A DNA stretch of 64,000 bases, from NCBI GenBank assembly GCA_965601685.1, contig CBFCWI010000001.1, positions 433,694-497,693 on the forward strand. Direction: 5' to 3'. Positions 1 to 9,527 of the stretch are shown here, piece after piece. The notes beneath the pieces were generated by a model. It had not been told where the DNA came from, searched no databases, and saw only the letters and a list, made by a program, of their open reading frames with translations. The stretch's first letter is position 1. The number at the start of each line of letters is the position of its first letter. A program made the translations under genes and the position numbers. Source of the DNA: an uncultured Rhodospirillaceae bacterium. Its GTDB lineage: Bacteria; Pseudomonadota; Alphaproteobacteria; Rhodospirillales; Rhodospirillaceae.

Positions 1-350
1 CAGGAACTGTCGCCGGCTCCGGCAATTTTTTCTGCTCCCGTCTCTCGGGACAGTAGCTGGGGTGTCGTCTGTAGCCCGACACCTCAACAGCCTAGGTGCT
101 GGCGATACCCCAGGCACGTTCGACACCTTGACCGCCATAGAGAGACCTTTCTTCTGCAATTTATACTATAGAAATACTCTTAGACCATAAAATAAAGTCT
201 CTCTCTTTGTAAAGCCTCTTCCAGTCGAAACCGTCGCCAACTGTGCAAACGAGGAGAGTCCTCTGATGCACCCAGCAGAGCCAAGAGAGCGGCATAACCC
301 AAAATTGAAGAGTGGCCAGTAGTACGAGCAGAGACCGTCTGGAAGATTGC

Positions 351-656
351 CTACACATGTACCCACATTTTTTCCAAGTTATAGAAAGCACGGACTTCTG
401 GTCTAAATAAGTGGATCACCACGTCACCGGCGTCCAGAATCACCCAATTGCACTCACGTAAGCCTTCAAGCTCAACGTTTACCCCTCTGGCCTTGAGTTG
501 TTTACGTAGATGCGCTGCCATAGCACTGACTTGGCGAGCCGAACGGCCTGTAGCGATGACCATGTAATCAGCAAAGGAAGTTTTGCCACCCACGTTGACG
601 ATGGTGACATCTTCTGCCTTGTCGTGAACTAGTAAAGCCTCGATTACATCAAGCAT
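351..656 (-). CDS. rsfS: ribosome silencing factor RsfS (iojap family)
   Basis: ORF 351..698 (-). KAEDVTIVNVGGKTSFADYMVIATGRSARQV...WVILDAGDVVIHLFRPEVRAFYNLEKMW fits the RsfS pattern. Start trimmed to MLDVIE (ATG at 656-654), which leaves 1 nt after the nadD stop. nadD-rsfS is the conserved gene order. Confidence 0.85.
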   Translation of the reverse strand: MLDVIEALLVHDKAEDVTIVNVGGKTSFADYMVIATGRSARQVSAMAAHLRKQLKARGVNVELEGLRECNWVILDAGDVVIHLFRPEVRAFYNLEKMWVHV

Positions 657-657
657 C

Positions 658-1326
658 TCATCTGGATTGGACAGACAAGCTGTCGCACACATCAGCACTG
701 TAGTCTGCTTCCTTCTCTATCTGTTCCCACCAGATTCCAGAAACAGCACGAATCTGGGTAGCAGAGTCCGGATGGGAAGGGGTAGGTAAAAATACCCACA
801 CCGGTGGCTGCCGTCTGACCAAGGTATGCGCTTGGCCGGGAAAAACACGCCAGCGAGCGAAACGGCGTGCTGCAACGCTGGCTAACGCTCGCAAGGAGTA
901 AGGATACCGAGCGAGAATCGCAACTGGCACCAGATGGAACAGGCGAGGCCATTGCCACCAAAACGACACTTGGGCAAGGTTATCAGCGCCCATTAACCAA
1001 ACGAAACAGCGATATGGCTCACGCTGGCGGAGGCGGCTGACAATGTCAACAGAATAACGAGTCCCCAATCGTGCTTCAAGATCGAGAACAGAAATACAAC
1101 GACAGTGAGCGGTCATCCTGTGTGCCTGTGCGAGCCGCCAGTGTAACGGTGCCATGCCAGTGACGGACTTCAACGGATTTTGAGGTGATACGAGCCACCA
1201 CACCTCATCCAGGGCGAGGGCACGGATCGCCATCAGGCTGATGCACACATGCCCAGCGTGGGCTGGATTAAATGAACCCCCGAGTAGACCCACTACTTCA
1301 CGGCACTTATACTTATGCAGCGACAT
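658..1326 (-). CDS. nadD: nicotinate-nucleotide adenylyltransferase
   Basis: N-terminal GLLGGSFNPAHAGH nucleotidyltransferase (HxGH) motif, about 220 aa, directly upstream of rsfS. Confidence 0.85.
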   Translation of the reverse strand: MSLHKYKCREVVGLLGGSFNPAHAGHVCISLMAIRALALDEVWWLVSPQNPLKSVTGMAPLHWRLAQAHRMTAHCRCISVLDLEARLGTRYSVDIVSRLRQREPYRCFVWLMGADNLAQVSFWWQWPRLFHLVPVAILARYPYSLRALASVAARRFARWRVFPGQAHTLVRRQPPVWVFLPTPSHPDSATQIRAVSGIWWEQIEKEADYSADVCDSLSVQSR

Positions 1327-1504
1327 AGAAGCTCACCATACAACGCACTGCTCGATTGAAACCCCTGGAGTGCTATGTCAGCATGTCCAACAAGGATAAT
1401 CTCTTAGACAGGTATCAAATTTAGCGAGAGGAATCTACAGACATCATGCAGTAAAGACAGTGGCATTGTGAGCCGCTCTCGACCGCAGCGGCGGCAACGC
1501 CCCA

Positions 1505-1530
1505 GTGCATTGGGTAAGTGCATTGGGTAG
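1505..1530. repeat. perfect-but-one tandem 13-nt duplication
   Basis: gtgcattgggtaa followed by gtgcattgggtag, lying in the ORF-free nadD-folP spacer. Confidence 0.9.
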
Positions 1531-1798
1531 CAGATTGGAGACGCTCAGATTCCTCTAATATGACGCCACCAGCAGAAGATACAGGAATGAGTTCCATCTT
1601 TGCAGTTCCACTCTCCGTTTCCGCATCTGGTCGATTCTGTACTCTCCGCTACGTTTCAGCCCCTCTGTGCTGATTGAGCGCGATCAACCGGAGGGCGATG
1701 ATGATGTGTAGGATTGGGCGGAATGGTCAGAGAGAATCCAATGACGTTCGTGAGCTGCTTGTGCCAGCCTCTCTAGTTCTCATCTTGCCAATTTCTTG

Positions 1799-3016
1799 TC
1801 AGTGAGGCACGCAAGCTTGCCAATCCGCTCTTACTGCACGAGCTGGTGGAGAAGGTGTGGCTGGCATGTTGGAGGCACAGTATCCTGTTGCTGTACGCAT
1901 GGCTTGCCACACATTGACCGCTTGGAAGGTTTCAGCTACATCGTGAACTCGTATAAGGCCGATTCCTTGGTCGAGGCCGGCGAGGGCAGCCATGAGAGAG
2001 CCAGGCAAGCGGGCTCCTGGCGGCTCGGCGGCAGATACGCCTGCTATGAAGCTCTTACGCGATACACCGAGCATCAAGCAACACCCTAATGTGTGTAGCA
2101 CTGCTAGACGGCCCAGTATTTCTAGGTTATGGCGCACAGTCTTGCCGAAACCAATACCAGGGTCCAGACAAATGCCAGCCCTGGTAAGGCCCGCTCGCAA
2201 GCAAACAGTGAGCCGCTCAGCCAGCATATCATAGATATCGAGGGGGGCTAGAGAGTACTGGGGATTTCTCTGCATAGTGTGCGGTTCCCCCTGCATGTGT
2301 GTCAATATGACAGGAATCTTGCGGCTGGCTACCAATGGGAGAGAGAGCGGATCGCCAGTCAAGGCAGTCACATCGTTGACGATAGCAGCGCCAGCTTCAA
2401 GAGCTGCGGCCATCACAGCAGCATGACGTGTATCGATAGATGTCACCACACCCCGTTCAGCTAGGGCCTGTATTACCGGGACGACCCGTTCAATTTCCTC
2501 TGCAGGGGCTACAGAACAGGCGCCAGGACGTGTGGACTCCCCACCCACATCGATGATATCAGCGCCCGCTGCCTTTAAGCGCAGGGCGTGGGCAAGAGCG
2601 AGACGAGGGTTGACCAATGTACCACCGTCGGAGAAGCTGTCCGGCGTTACATTCACTACCCCCATGAGGCGGGGTCTCTCGAATGAGAACCCAGAAAATG
2701 GGGGCCGCCGACTGGAAAGACGGTCCAGAAGTGTATGAATCCACTGCGTCGCATTTTCCCGGGCTGCCCAGGCCTGTACTTCGTCGAGCGGCAGTACAGC
2801 AGACCTTATTGTCTCTCCCTGGCGGGCCACCACTTCGCATGCTGTAAAGGCCAGTGGACCGCCTACCAAAAGACGCGCACGCCCTAACTTCACTGCAATT
2901 TCAGCTATGTCTCCTGACAACAACCCAATTGGAACTAGATAAAAAGTATTCTTTGCTCTCTTAGCATGTCCATTAGATGGGCCAGATACATTGGAGCACG
3001 CGTGTGATCTGTCCAT
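1799..3016 (-). CDS. folP: dihydropteroate synthase with a roughly 100-115 aa N-terminal extension
   Basis: Core motifs LMGVVNVTPDSFSDGG and DIIDVGGESTRPGA, with a C-terminal GxxLIRVHDV-type motif. The DHPS core starts near residue 117 of the 405-aa ORF. The true start codon is uncertain. Confidence 0.8.
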   Translation of the reverse strand: MDRSHACSNVSGPSNGHAKRAKNTFYLVPIGLLSGDIAEIAVKLGRARLLVGGPLAFTACEVVARQGETIRSAVLPLDEVQAWAARENATQWIHTLLDRLSSRRPPFSGFSFERPRLMGVVNVTPDSFSDGGTLVNPRLALAHALRLKAAGADIIDVGGESTRPGACSVAPAEEIERVVPVIQALAERGVVTSIDTRHAAVMAAALEAGAAIVNDVTALTGDPLSLPLVASRKIPVILTHMQGEPHTMQRNPQYSLAPLDIYDMLAERLTVCLRAGLTRAGICLDPGIGFGKTVRHNLEILGRLAVLHTLGCCLMLGVSRKSFIAGVSAAEPPGARLPGSLMAALAGLDQGIGLIRVHDVAETFQAVNVWQAMRTATGYCASNMPATPSPPARAVRADWQACVPH

Positions 3017-3036
3017 GATGGTATCAGTTGCACCTT

Positions 3037-3645
3037 TTATGCTCTATCATGTTCCCCTTCCCTTTCGCAGTTGCCACCTGGTATCCACAACACATCAGCT
3101 TTTCCATGATCGTTGACATGGCGAGCTAGCACAAACAGATGATCAGACAGACGATTCAGGTACTGGATAGCAACTGAATTCACCCCTCCCTGTTCCATTT
3201 CTGCCAGTTCCACCAAAAGCCGCTCGGCACGCCGGCATACTGTGCGGGCATGATGTAAATGAGCTGCCGCTGCTGTGCCACCAGGCAGAATAAACGAATG
3301 GAGGGGCGGCATATGAGCGTTCATAGCATCTATTTCACGTTCAAGTCGATTGACTTGTGATTCTGCTATTCTTAAGACTATTTTCTGATTGGTCTGGGCT
3401 AAATCGATCGGTGTACACAGATCCGCACCAAGATCGAACAGATCATTCTGCAGCTGCATCAGCATAGCATCAGCCGGCGCAGCTGTCCGGGTGTACAGGC
3501 GAGCTAAGCCAATGATAGCATTGGTTTCATCCACTGTTCCATAGGTCTGGACACGCATGTCGTGTTTTGGAACACGCTTCCCAGTGGACAGAGATGTTTT
3601 TCCCTTGTCGCCACCGCGAGTATATATGCGGGTGAGTTGAACCAT
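3037..3645 (-). CDS. PduO-type ATP:cob(I)alamin adenosyltransferase
   Basis: N-terminus IYTRGGDKGKTSL...RVQTYGTVDETNAIIG plus a helical-bundle C-terminal region is typical of the PduO/MMAB family. About 200 aa. Confidence 0.8.
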   Translation of the reverse strand: MVQLTRIYTRGGDKGKTSLSTGKRVPKHDMRVQTYGTVDETNAIIGLARLYTRTAAPADAMLMQLQNDLFDLGADLCTPIDLAQTNQKIVLRIAESQVNRLEREIDAMNAHMPPLHSFILPGGTAAAAHLHHARTVCRRAERLLVELAEMEQGGVNSVAIQYLNRLSDHLFVLARHVNDHGKADVLWIPGGNCEREGEHDRA

Positions 3646-3751
3646 AGTCGCTCCATGCCTTTAATACTGTCCAAGTTTCCAGAGTCGTTTGGCCTGCGCC
3701 AAACCTCCTTGATTATAGGCTTATGCAGCCTCGCCTGGATATAGCACTTTC

Positions 3752-4897
3752 GTGCCTTCTCATGCGTCTGGGAGAACAGAGAGGAGAAAGATCCTGATTC
3801 TCAAGACCTATATCTGCCGACACTTTCTTGTCTATTTTGGAGCAATACTCTTTATGATTGTTGCGCTTGTTCTGCTTTTCGACATGATTGAACTCATCAG
3901 GCGTGCGGCCGCTTATCCGGATATGTCCTTTGCGGTTCTGTTGGGCATGGCCCTCTTAAAGCTGCCGCAGATGGTGAATACAGTACTGCCGTTCGCTGTT
4001 ATGCTGAGCAGCATGGCAGTGTTTTGGCAATTTTCACGTTCTCGTGAACTCGTCATCATCCGCGCAGTTGGGGTATCGGCATGGCAATTTCTGCTGCCTG
4101 TCCTGTGGATCGTGCTGCTGCTCGGGATTAGCAATCTCACCCTACTCAACCCGCTAGGCGCCAACCTGTATGCTCGCTATGCGCGTATGGAGAATGCTCT
4201 CCTACTGCGCAAAACTAACACTCCGCTGTCACTTGCCGGAAATATCACCAATCTATGGTGGTATGAACTGATAGGCAATCGACAATCTGTGCTACACGCT
4301 GAGCGTACCTGTCAGGATGGACCAATACTATACATGCGCGATGTCAGCATTTTTCTTTTCAAGAATCGTGGCGTGTTTCTCGAACGAGTAGAAGCCACTA
4401 GTGGTATGCTACTAAAAGATGGTACATATAAACTGTACCGTGTGTGGATCCTACAGTCTGGGCATTCCGCAGCCTATCATGATATCCTGTCTTTACCGAC
4501 TAATTTAACTATAGATTGCATCAGAGAGCATTCCTCCTCACCTGAAACGGTGTCTGTGTGGCAACTATCCAGTTCCATCCGCTTGTGTCAAGAGGCTGGA
4601 TTATCTACTTATGTTCACCGTCTGTACCTGAAAGCCCTAATTGCCTCGCCGTTTCTGCTCTGCGCCATAGTGCTAGTCGCTGCGGCGTTTGCGATGCCGC
4701 AGAATCACCGCAATGCTAGGGTGGGTGTGCGCATGACAGGAGCCATTAGTGTTGGGTTCCTGTTATATTTCTTCTCGAAAATCACCTATGCTCTTGGTCA
4801 AGCGGCTCTCCTACCCCTGGAGGTGGCGGCTTGGAGCCCTGCTGTCATCATGGGTTCGTTAGGGCTAGCCGCTCTGTTGCACTTGGAGGATGGATAA
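3752..4897 (+). CDS. lptG: LptF/LptG-family lipopolysaccharide export permease (probably LptG)
   Basis: N-terminal LKTYICRHFLVYFGAILFMIVALVLLFDMIELIRR is the family signature. Shows the 6-TM-plus-periplasmic-domain layout at about 370 aa. The F versus G assignment and the exact start (GTG 3752) are uncertain. Confidence 0.65.
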   Translation: MPSHASGRTERRKILILKTYICRHFLVYFGAILFMIVALVLLFDMIELIRRAAAYPDMSFAVLLGMALLKLPQMVNTVLPFAVMLSSMAVFWQFSRSRELVIIRAVGVSAWQFLLPVLWIVLLLGISNLTLLNPLGANLYARYARMENALLLRKTNTPLSLAGNITNLWWYELIGNRQSVLHAERTCQDGPILYMRDVSIFLFKNRGVFLERVEATSGMLLKDGTYKLYRVWILQSGHSAAYHDILSLPTNLTIDCIREHSSSPETVSVWQLSSSIRLCQEAGLSTYVHRLYLKALIASPFLLCAIVLVAAAFAMPQNHRNARVGVRMTGAISVGFLLYFFSKITYALGQAALLPLEVAAWSPAVIMGSLGLAALLHLEDG

Positions 4898-4909
4898 CGC
4901 TTCTGAGGC

Positions 4910-6313
4910 TTAGCCAGACTCGGCCAGACTTGGATTATCCCGTGGAGAATCAGTGCGCAGATGATTCCGCTCCTGCCGGAAGGTTTCAGCCAGCAGGAAG
5001 ACTAGTTCGAGAGCCTGACTGACATTGAGGCGCGGATCACAGAAAGTATGGTAGCGCTCTGCCAAGCCAGCCTCTGTGATGGCCTGGGAACCCCCAAGGC
5101 ATTCAGTGACATCCTGACCAGTGAGTTCCACGTGAACGCCACCGGGATGGGTTCCCTCAGCACGATGGATGGCGAAATAACGCTGTACCTCACTCAGGAT
5201 GCGATCAAAAGAACGCGTCTTGAAACCCTTTTCAGTTTTGATCGTATTTGCATGCATAGGGTCACAGGCCCATACCACCTGATGACCGTTCTCCTTCACA
5301 GCCCTGATTAAGGAGGGGAGACGAGTAGCAATTGTTCCCTCACCCATGCGCACGATGAGAGTCAGGCGACCGGTCTCGTTCCCTGGATTGAGAATCGTGC
5401 ACAGACGCAGCAGTTCGTCTGTTGTGAGGGAGGGTCCTACCTTGACACCGATAGGATTGCGCACGCCCCGCAGAAACGCGACATGGGCACCGTCAACCTG
5501 GCGCGTGCGATCACCGATCCACAGCATGTGTGCAGAGCAGCAGTACCAGTCCCCGCTGGTCGAATCTAATCGTGTCAAGGCCTCCTCATAGGGCAGGAGC
5601 AGAGCCTCATGCGAGGTAAAGAAGTCTGTTTCGTGGATCTGGGGTACGCGATCCGATGTGAGGCCGCAGGCAGCCATGAAGTCCAGAGTCTCACCTATGC
5701 GATTACACAGATCACGGTAGCGTTCCCACTGTGGGCTACCAGCGATGAAATCCAAGGTCCACTGATGGACCCTATGCAGGTCAGCATAGCCACCCTGAGC
5801 AAAGGCCCGTAAAAGGTTAAGAGTTGCTGCGGATTGGTGATAAGCCTGGATCATTCGCTCTGGGTCAGGTGTACGAGCTGTCATAGTAAAGTCCAGCCCA
5901 TTAATCATGTCGCCGCAATAGGCTGGCAGGGTGACACCGCCCCAGGTTTCTGTTGGTGCAGAACGCGGCTTAGCAAACTGCCCGCCCATGCGACCGACCT
6001 TGACAACCGGCATCGCTCCGCTGAACGTCAGGACCACTGCCATCTGGAGAATAACACGGAAAGTGTCGCGTATGATGTTAGCATTGAAATCAGCAAAGCT
6101 TTCAGCGCAGTCCCCACCCTGCAGTAGGAAGGCACGGCCAGCACCAACCTTGGTCATGGCTTGCTGTAAACGCCGTGCCTCACCAGCAAAAACTAGAGGC
6201 GGGAAAGTGCGCAACCTCGCCTCGACTCCAGCCAGCCGAGCTTGATCAGGATAGGCGGGAAGATGTTGGGCCGGTCGAGAGCGCCAGCCTTGTCGAGTCC
6301 ACATATCTGCCAT
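4910..6313 (-). CDS. class II (plant-like) 3-deoxy-7-phosphoheptulonate (DAHP) synthase
   Basis: 467 aa. The [15 protein letters not shown]-terminus, [12 protein letters not shown], and conserved blocks through to the C-terminus are typical of class II DAHP synthases. Confidence 0.85.
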   Translation of the reverse strand: MADMWTRQGWRSRPAQHLPAYPDQARLAGVEARLRTFPPLVFAGEARRLQQAMTKVGAGRAFLLQGGDCAESFADFNANIIRDTFRVILQMAVVLTFSGAMPVVKVGRMGGQFAKPRSAPTETWGGVTLPAYCGDMINGLDFTMTARTPDPERMIQAYHQSAATLNLLRAFAQGGYADLHRVHQWTLDFIAGSPQWERYRDLCNRIGETLDFMAACGLTSDRVPQIHETDFFTSHEALLLPYEEALTRLDSTSGDWYCCSAHMLWIGDRTRQVDGAHVAFLRGVRNPIGVKVGPSLTTDELLRLCTILNPGNETGRLTLIVRMGEGTIATRLPSLIRAVKENGHQVVWACDPMHANTIKTEKGFKTRSFDRILSEVQRYFAIHRAEGTHPGGVHVELTGQDVTECLGGSQAITEAGLAERYHTFCDPRLNVSQALELVFLLAETFRQERNHLRTDSPRDNPSLAESG

Positions 6314-6495
6314 GGATCGCCTCGATAAGGGAGTGAGAATGAGCGTGACCGGGCCATTCGGGAGTCCCTATGACAGCCTGCGGCCGGAGTCGAGGCCATG
6401 ACTACACCCGGTTACGGTTACCGTGGCATGGCTATCCTCGTCAGACCATGATTGTACACTTGATTCGCAAAGACGTGGGGCCATGCAAGATGAGT

Positions 6496-6813
6496 TTAGG
6501 AGATCTCTAGTTCGGATGATTCAGCCTTGCGACGCGCCATGGCAGAGAGAATCTGCCGTTTCAGGCGGCGGGCTGCGAGAGGTAACCGTACATCCGGTCT
6601 TCCCCGCAGGTAAGAGTCGATACCACCATTCTGTTCGATACTGCGCAGCCCATTGATAGAAAGTCGCAATCGCACAGATCGTCCCAGAACATCGCTCCAC
6701 ACCGCAGTTTCCTGCAGATTCGGCAAGAATCGACGTTTCACCTTGTTGTTGGCATGGCTCACATTGTAGCCGACTAATACACCCTTGCCGGTGATTGCGC
6801 AACGTCTGGCCAT
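6496..6813 (-). CDS. rpmB: 50S ribosomal protein L28
   Basis: [34 protein letters not shown] is the L28 signature. The 105-aa form with a C-terminal tail is common in alphaproteobacteria. Confidence 0.9.
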   Translation of the reverse strand: MARRCAITGKGVLVGYNVSHANNKVKRRFLPNLQETAVWSDVLGRSVRLRLSINGLRSIEQNGGIDSYLRGRPDVRLPLAARRLKRQILSAMARRKAESSELEIS

Positions 6814-7145
6814 GTTTGTGCAACCCCCATATGCTTGTCCCGAAAAGCGAGTTTGTAAGATACCTGCGACGTATCCGTCAAGGCGATTGATTCCTCTGGT
6901 CAGGCTGAGAATCCCGGAGTGGCTTTGGTAGGGTCCGCTTCTTCTCTCCCTCTCTCCGCAGGCTTGTCTGCGGCGACACGTTTGGATGAGGGGAGAGCGT
7001 CCCTGCTGCTGCCTGGGGAGAGACTACCAAAAGCCTTTCTACTCAATGATAGATGCACAAGGTCTCTCCACATCAGGGTAGGGGCGACTCTGCTGGGCGC
7101 TGATCCATCCCGCCTGCGACGATGCTGATGCTGCCTGCCACAAAG

Positions 7146-8036
7146 CTAGTATCCACGCAGAGAACGCGGGCGCAGGCCAGAGCCAGAATGGCGGGCCAGA
7201 GCGATGGTACTGAGGAGAGCCTCCTTGTCCTTGGGCAGGATACCACCTAAGGACAGCGCGTTGGAAGCGTGGTTGGAGCGAAAGATGATTGGGTGTGGTG
7301 GTTCTAAAGCTGTGACTAGGCGAGCCATTTCATCCAGGCATTCATCGTCATTCAAGGGCTGAAAACGGCTACCATACTTTTCCCAGCGAGGCATGAAACC
7401 AGGCATCTCAGCCCGGCGGAGATCGAGCTGCAGGGTAGACAGGTAAGTAGGCGGGGCAGAGTTAACCAGTTCGACTGTCGCGGCAATATGGTGCTCTGAA
7501 TATTCACGACCCCCAAGCCCCAGTATCACCATACACGATACCTTGAGTCCAGCGTCGTGGGCTCGATGGATGGCTTTAGCAATGCCTCGTGGGGAAGCAC
7601 CCTTAGCAATGCGCTTGAGCACATCCATATGGCCCGACTCGATCCCTAGGTAAATGAGGGAGAGCTTGCGCGCTTTAAGGCCGGCTAGTGCTTCTACTGG
7701 CTTACGGTTAATATTGTCCGGCGTGGCATAGGATGACACACGCACCAGCCTAGGCAAACGGGCATGCAGGTGGTCGAGAATCTGATGCAGAGAGTCTGTC
7801 GGTAGTACCATGGCGTCCCCATCCGCCAGAAACACCCGGTCGGCCCACGGCCAGTCGCGAGCGCCAACGTCGATGTCATTGAAAACGTTCTCGAGTGGGC
7901 GTGCACGGAACTCCTTATGCGCATACATGGAACAGAATGAACAGTGGTTATAACTGCAGCCAAGCGTTGCCTGGACAATAAGGCTGCGCCCTTCAGACGG
8001 AGGCCGCCACAGAGGTAGCTCATAATGAATCGGCAT
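7146..8036 (-). CDS. radical SAM domain protein of unknown function (Elp3-like core)
   Basis: The Cys cluster GCSYNHCSFCSMY (CX4CX2C, checked against the DNA at 7930-7965) is followed by a TIM-barrel-like pattern (FLADGDAMVL, IYLGIESG). Confidence 0.7.
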   Translation of the reverse strand: MPIHYELPLWRPPSEGRSLIVQATLGCSYNHCSFCSMYAHKEFRARPLENVFNDIDVGARDWPWADRVFLADGDAMVLPTDSLHQILDHLHARLPRLVRVSSYATPDNINRKPVEALAGLKARKLSLIYLGIESGHMDVLKRIAKGASPRGIAKAIHRAHDAGLKVSCMVILGLGGREYSEHHIAATVELVNSAPPTYLSTLQLDLRRAEMPGFMPRWEKYGSRFQPLNDDECLDEMARLVTALEPPHPIIFRSNHASNALSLGGILPKDKEALLSTIALARHSGSGLRPRSLRGY

Positions 8037-8117
8037 GAACTGAGATAACTCCGATATCGCTCTGAATCAGGTTAGAGTTAGAGGGCTAGCGCGCGCTATC
8101 AGAATGACGACGCCATA

Positions 8118-8975
8118 TCACTTACGGCTAGAATCTGTCAACCGATGGCGTGTGACTTCGTATAAAGCTACGGCCGCGGCATTAGACACATTAAGACTTT
8201 CAACCGCGCTTGTGATCGGCAGGCAAACGAGGCTATCGCAATGCACACGGACCGAATGACGCAGACCACGCCCTTCTGATCCCAGCACCAAGACAATGCG
8301 GTCAGCTACCTCCACCTGTGCAAGAGACCGTGGAGCGGTCGCTTCAAGGCCGATGGTCCAGAAGCCAGCTGCTTTGCATGTTTCAAGAGTCCGCGCGAGA
8401 TTCGTCGTCCGGGCGAGCGGTACTTTTTCCAGGCTACCGGAGGCCGCTCTAGCCAGGGCACCAGTTTCTACCGGTGCGCGACGCTCCTGCATCACCACAG
8501 CCATGGCACCGAAAGCTGCAGCAGAACGCATGACTGCTCCTACGTTGCGTGGGTCAGTAATCTGATCGAGCATGATCACTGTAGAGAGTGCAGTGTCATG
8601 CGTACCCTTTAAGAGAGTATTGAGAGATCGTGACTCCAACGGAGTCACTTGGGTTACCATCCCCTGATGTATGACTCCTGGTAGTAAATGTTCTATTGTA
8701 GAGATATGTACACATTCTATTTTTGGTAAATATAATGCACAGTTATTATATATCTTTACAAGAGTATCTTCTGATACATATGCAGCATCAGATGTGACTA
8801 GCAGACGTCTGCAATGCCTTGTAGGGTTAGCTAAGGCTGCCAGAGTCGCGTGACGTCCGTAAATCCAGAATGGTTCCCGTTGGTGGGTTGGCCGAGGGAA
8901 CACGGCTCCATGTGAGGGACGTGTTGTAGGGCGGCTATTTCTATCGCTGCTGTAAGATTGCTGACGCTTGCTCAT
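8118..8975 (-). CDS. rlmB: TrmH/SpoU-family 23S rRNA 2'-O-methyltransferase (RlmB-like)
   Basis: SpoU motifs (VMLDQITDPRNVGAVMRSAAAFG, LVLGSEGRGL, LPITSAVESLNVSNAAAVALYE). Sits divergent from the tRNA-Tyr/tuf cluster, as in many alphaproteobacteria. Confidence 0.8.
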   Translation of the reverse strand: MSKRQQSYSSDRNSRPTTRPSHGAVFPRPTHQREPFWIYGRHATLAALANPTRHCRRLLVTSDAAYVSEDTLVKIYNNCALYLPKIECVHISTIEHLLPGVIHQGMVTQVTPLESRSLNTLLKGTHDTALSTVIMLDQITDPRNVGAVMRSAAAFGAMAVVMQERRAPVETGALARAASGSLEKVPLARTTNLARTLETCKAAGFWTIGLEATAPRSLAQVEVADRIVLVLGSEGRGLRHSVRVHCDSLVCLPITSAVESLNVSNAAAVALYEVTRHRLTDSSRK

Positions 8976-9160
8976 GATGCAATCCTAACACTTCAGGGCT
9001 GCTTGCAAAGATCTTACAACGCGGGCCACAGATGGCGAAGGGCGCAAATGGAGCTTTATGCTATGCTAAAAAGGAGCGAGCCAATCCTGCTCTGTGGAAG
9101 GCGTGATATGAATTTTTCCATTGATCAGGAGTAGCTGATTCGAATAGTCTAACTCTTCTT

Positions 9161-9170
9161 GGGGGGGGGG
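9161..9170. repeat. G10 homopolymer tract
   Basis: Ten consecutive G at 9161-9170, 31 nt upstream of the tRNA-Tyr 5' end. Confidence 0.95.
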
Positions 9171-9200
9171 ATGCGTGTTATCTCATGAAGGGTTCATACT

Positions 9201-9286
9201 GGAGGGGTGCCCGAGCGGTTAAAGGGGACGGACTGTAAATCCGTTGGCTAGTGCCTACGTTGGTTCAAATCCAACCCCCTCTACCA
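9201..9286 (+). tRNA. tRNA-Tyr (anticodon GTA), long variable arm, CCA encoded
   Basis: Hand-folded. Acceptor GGAGGGG/CCCCTCT, anticodon stem-loop ACGGA-CTGTAAA-TCCGT, long variable arm, T arm GTTGG-TTCAAAT-CCAAC, then ACCA. Confidence 0.9.
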
Positions 9287-9347
9287 GAGCAGAGTCGTAA
9301 GAAGGTTGAGTTTATCTGTACGTTCTCTCTTAAACCGTTCAGTGGCT

Positions 9348-9421
9348 GCGGGTGTAGCTCAATGGTAGAGCAGAAGCCTTCCAAGCTTACGGCGGGGGTT
9401 CGATTCCCCTCACCCGCTCCA
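9348..9421 (+). tRNA. tRNA-Gly (anticodon TCC), CCA encoded
   Basis: Hand-folded. Acceptor GCGGGTG/CACCCGC, D arm GCTC-AATGGTA-GAGC, anticodon loop CTTCCAA, T arm GGGGT-TCGATTC-CCCTC. Confidence 0.9.
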
Positions 9422-9527
9422 TGTGCCCAGGGGTATGCTCAACTGAAGCCAAGCGGTGAGGCTTTTGGTCGGTATGGTGGTTGGTATGGTCGTGAGATGG
9501 GCATTTTGAGAATAGAAGGTTGTGGAC

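Noticed and set aside
1-350. Expected rlmH downstream of rsfS (conserved nadD-rsfS-rlmH order), and a possible partial ORF starting at 138 on the minus strand (MAVKVSNVPGVSPAPRLL...).
   Set aside because: I translated all three minus-strand frames by hand. None shows the RlmH C-terminal pattern, and both listed ORFs (161-391, 166-366) stop early and look like junk. The 46-codon partial ORF is Arg-rich with no recognisable family, and it is too short and too close to the window edge to call.
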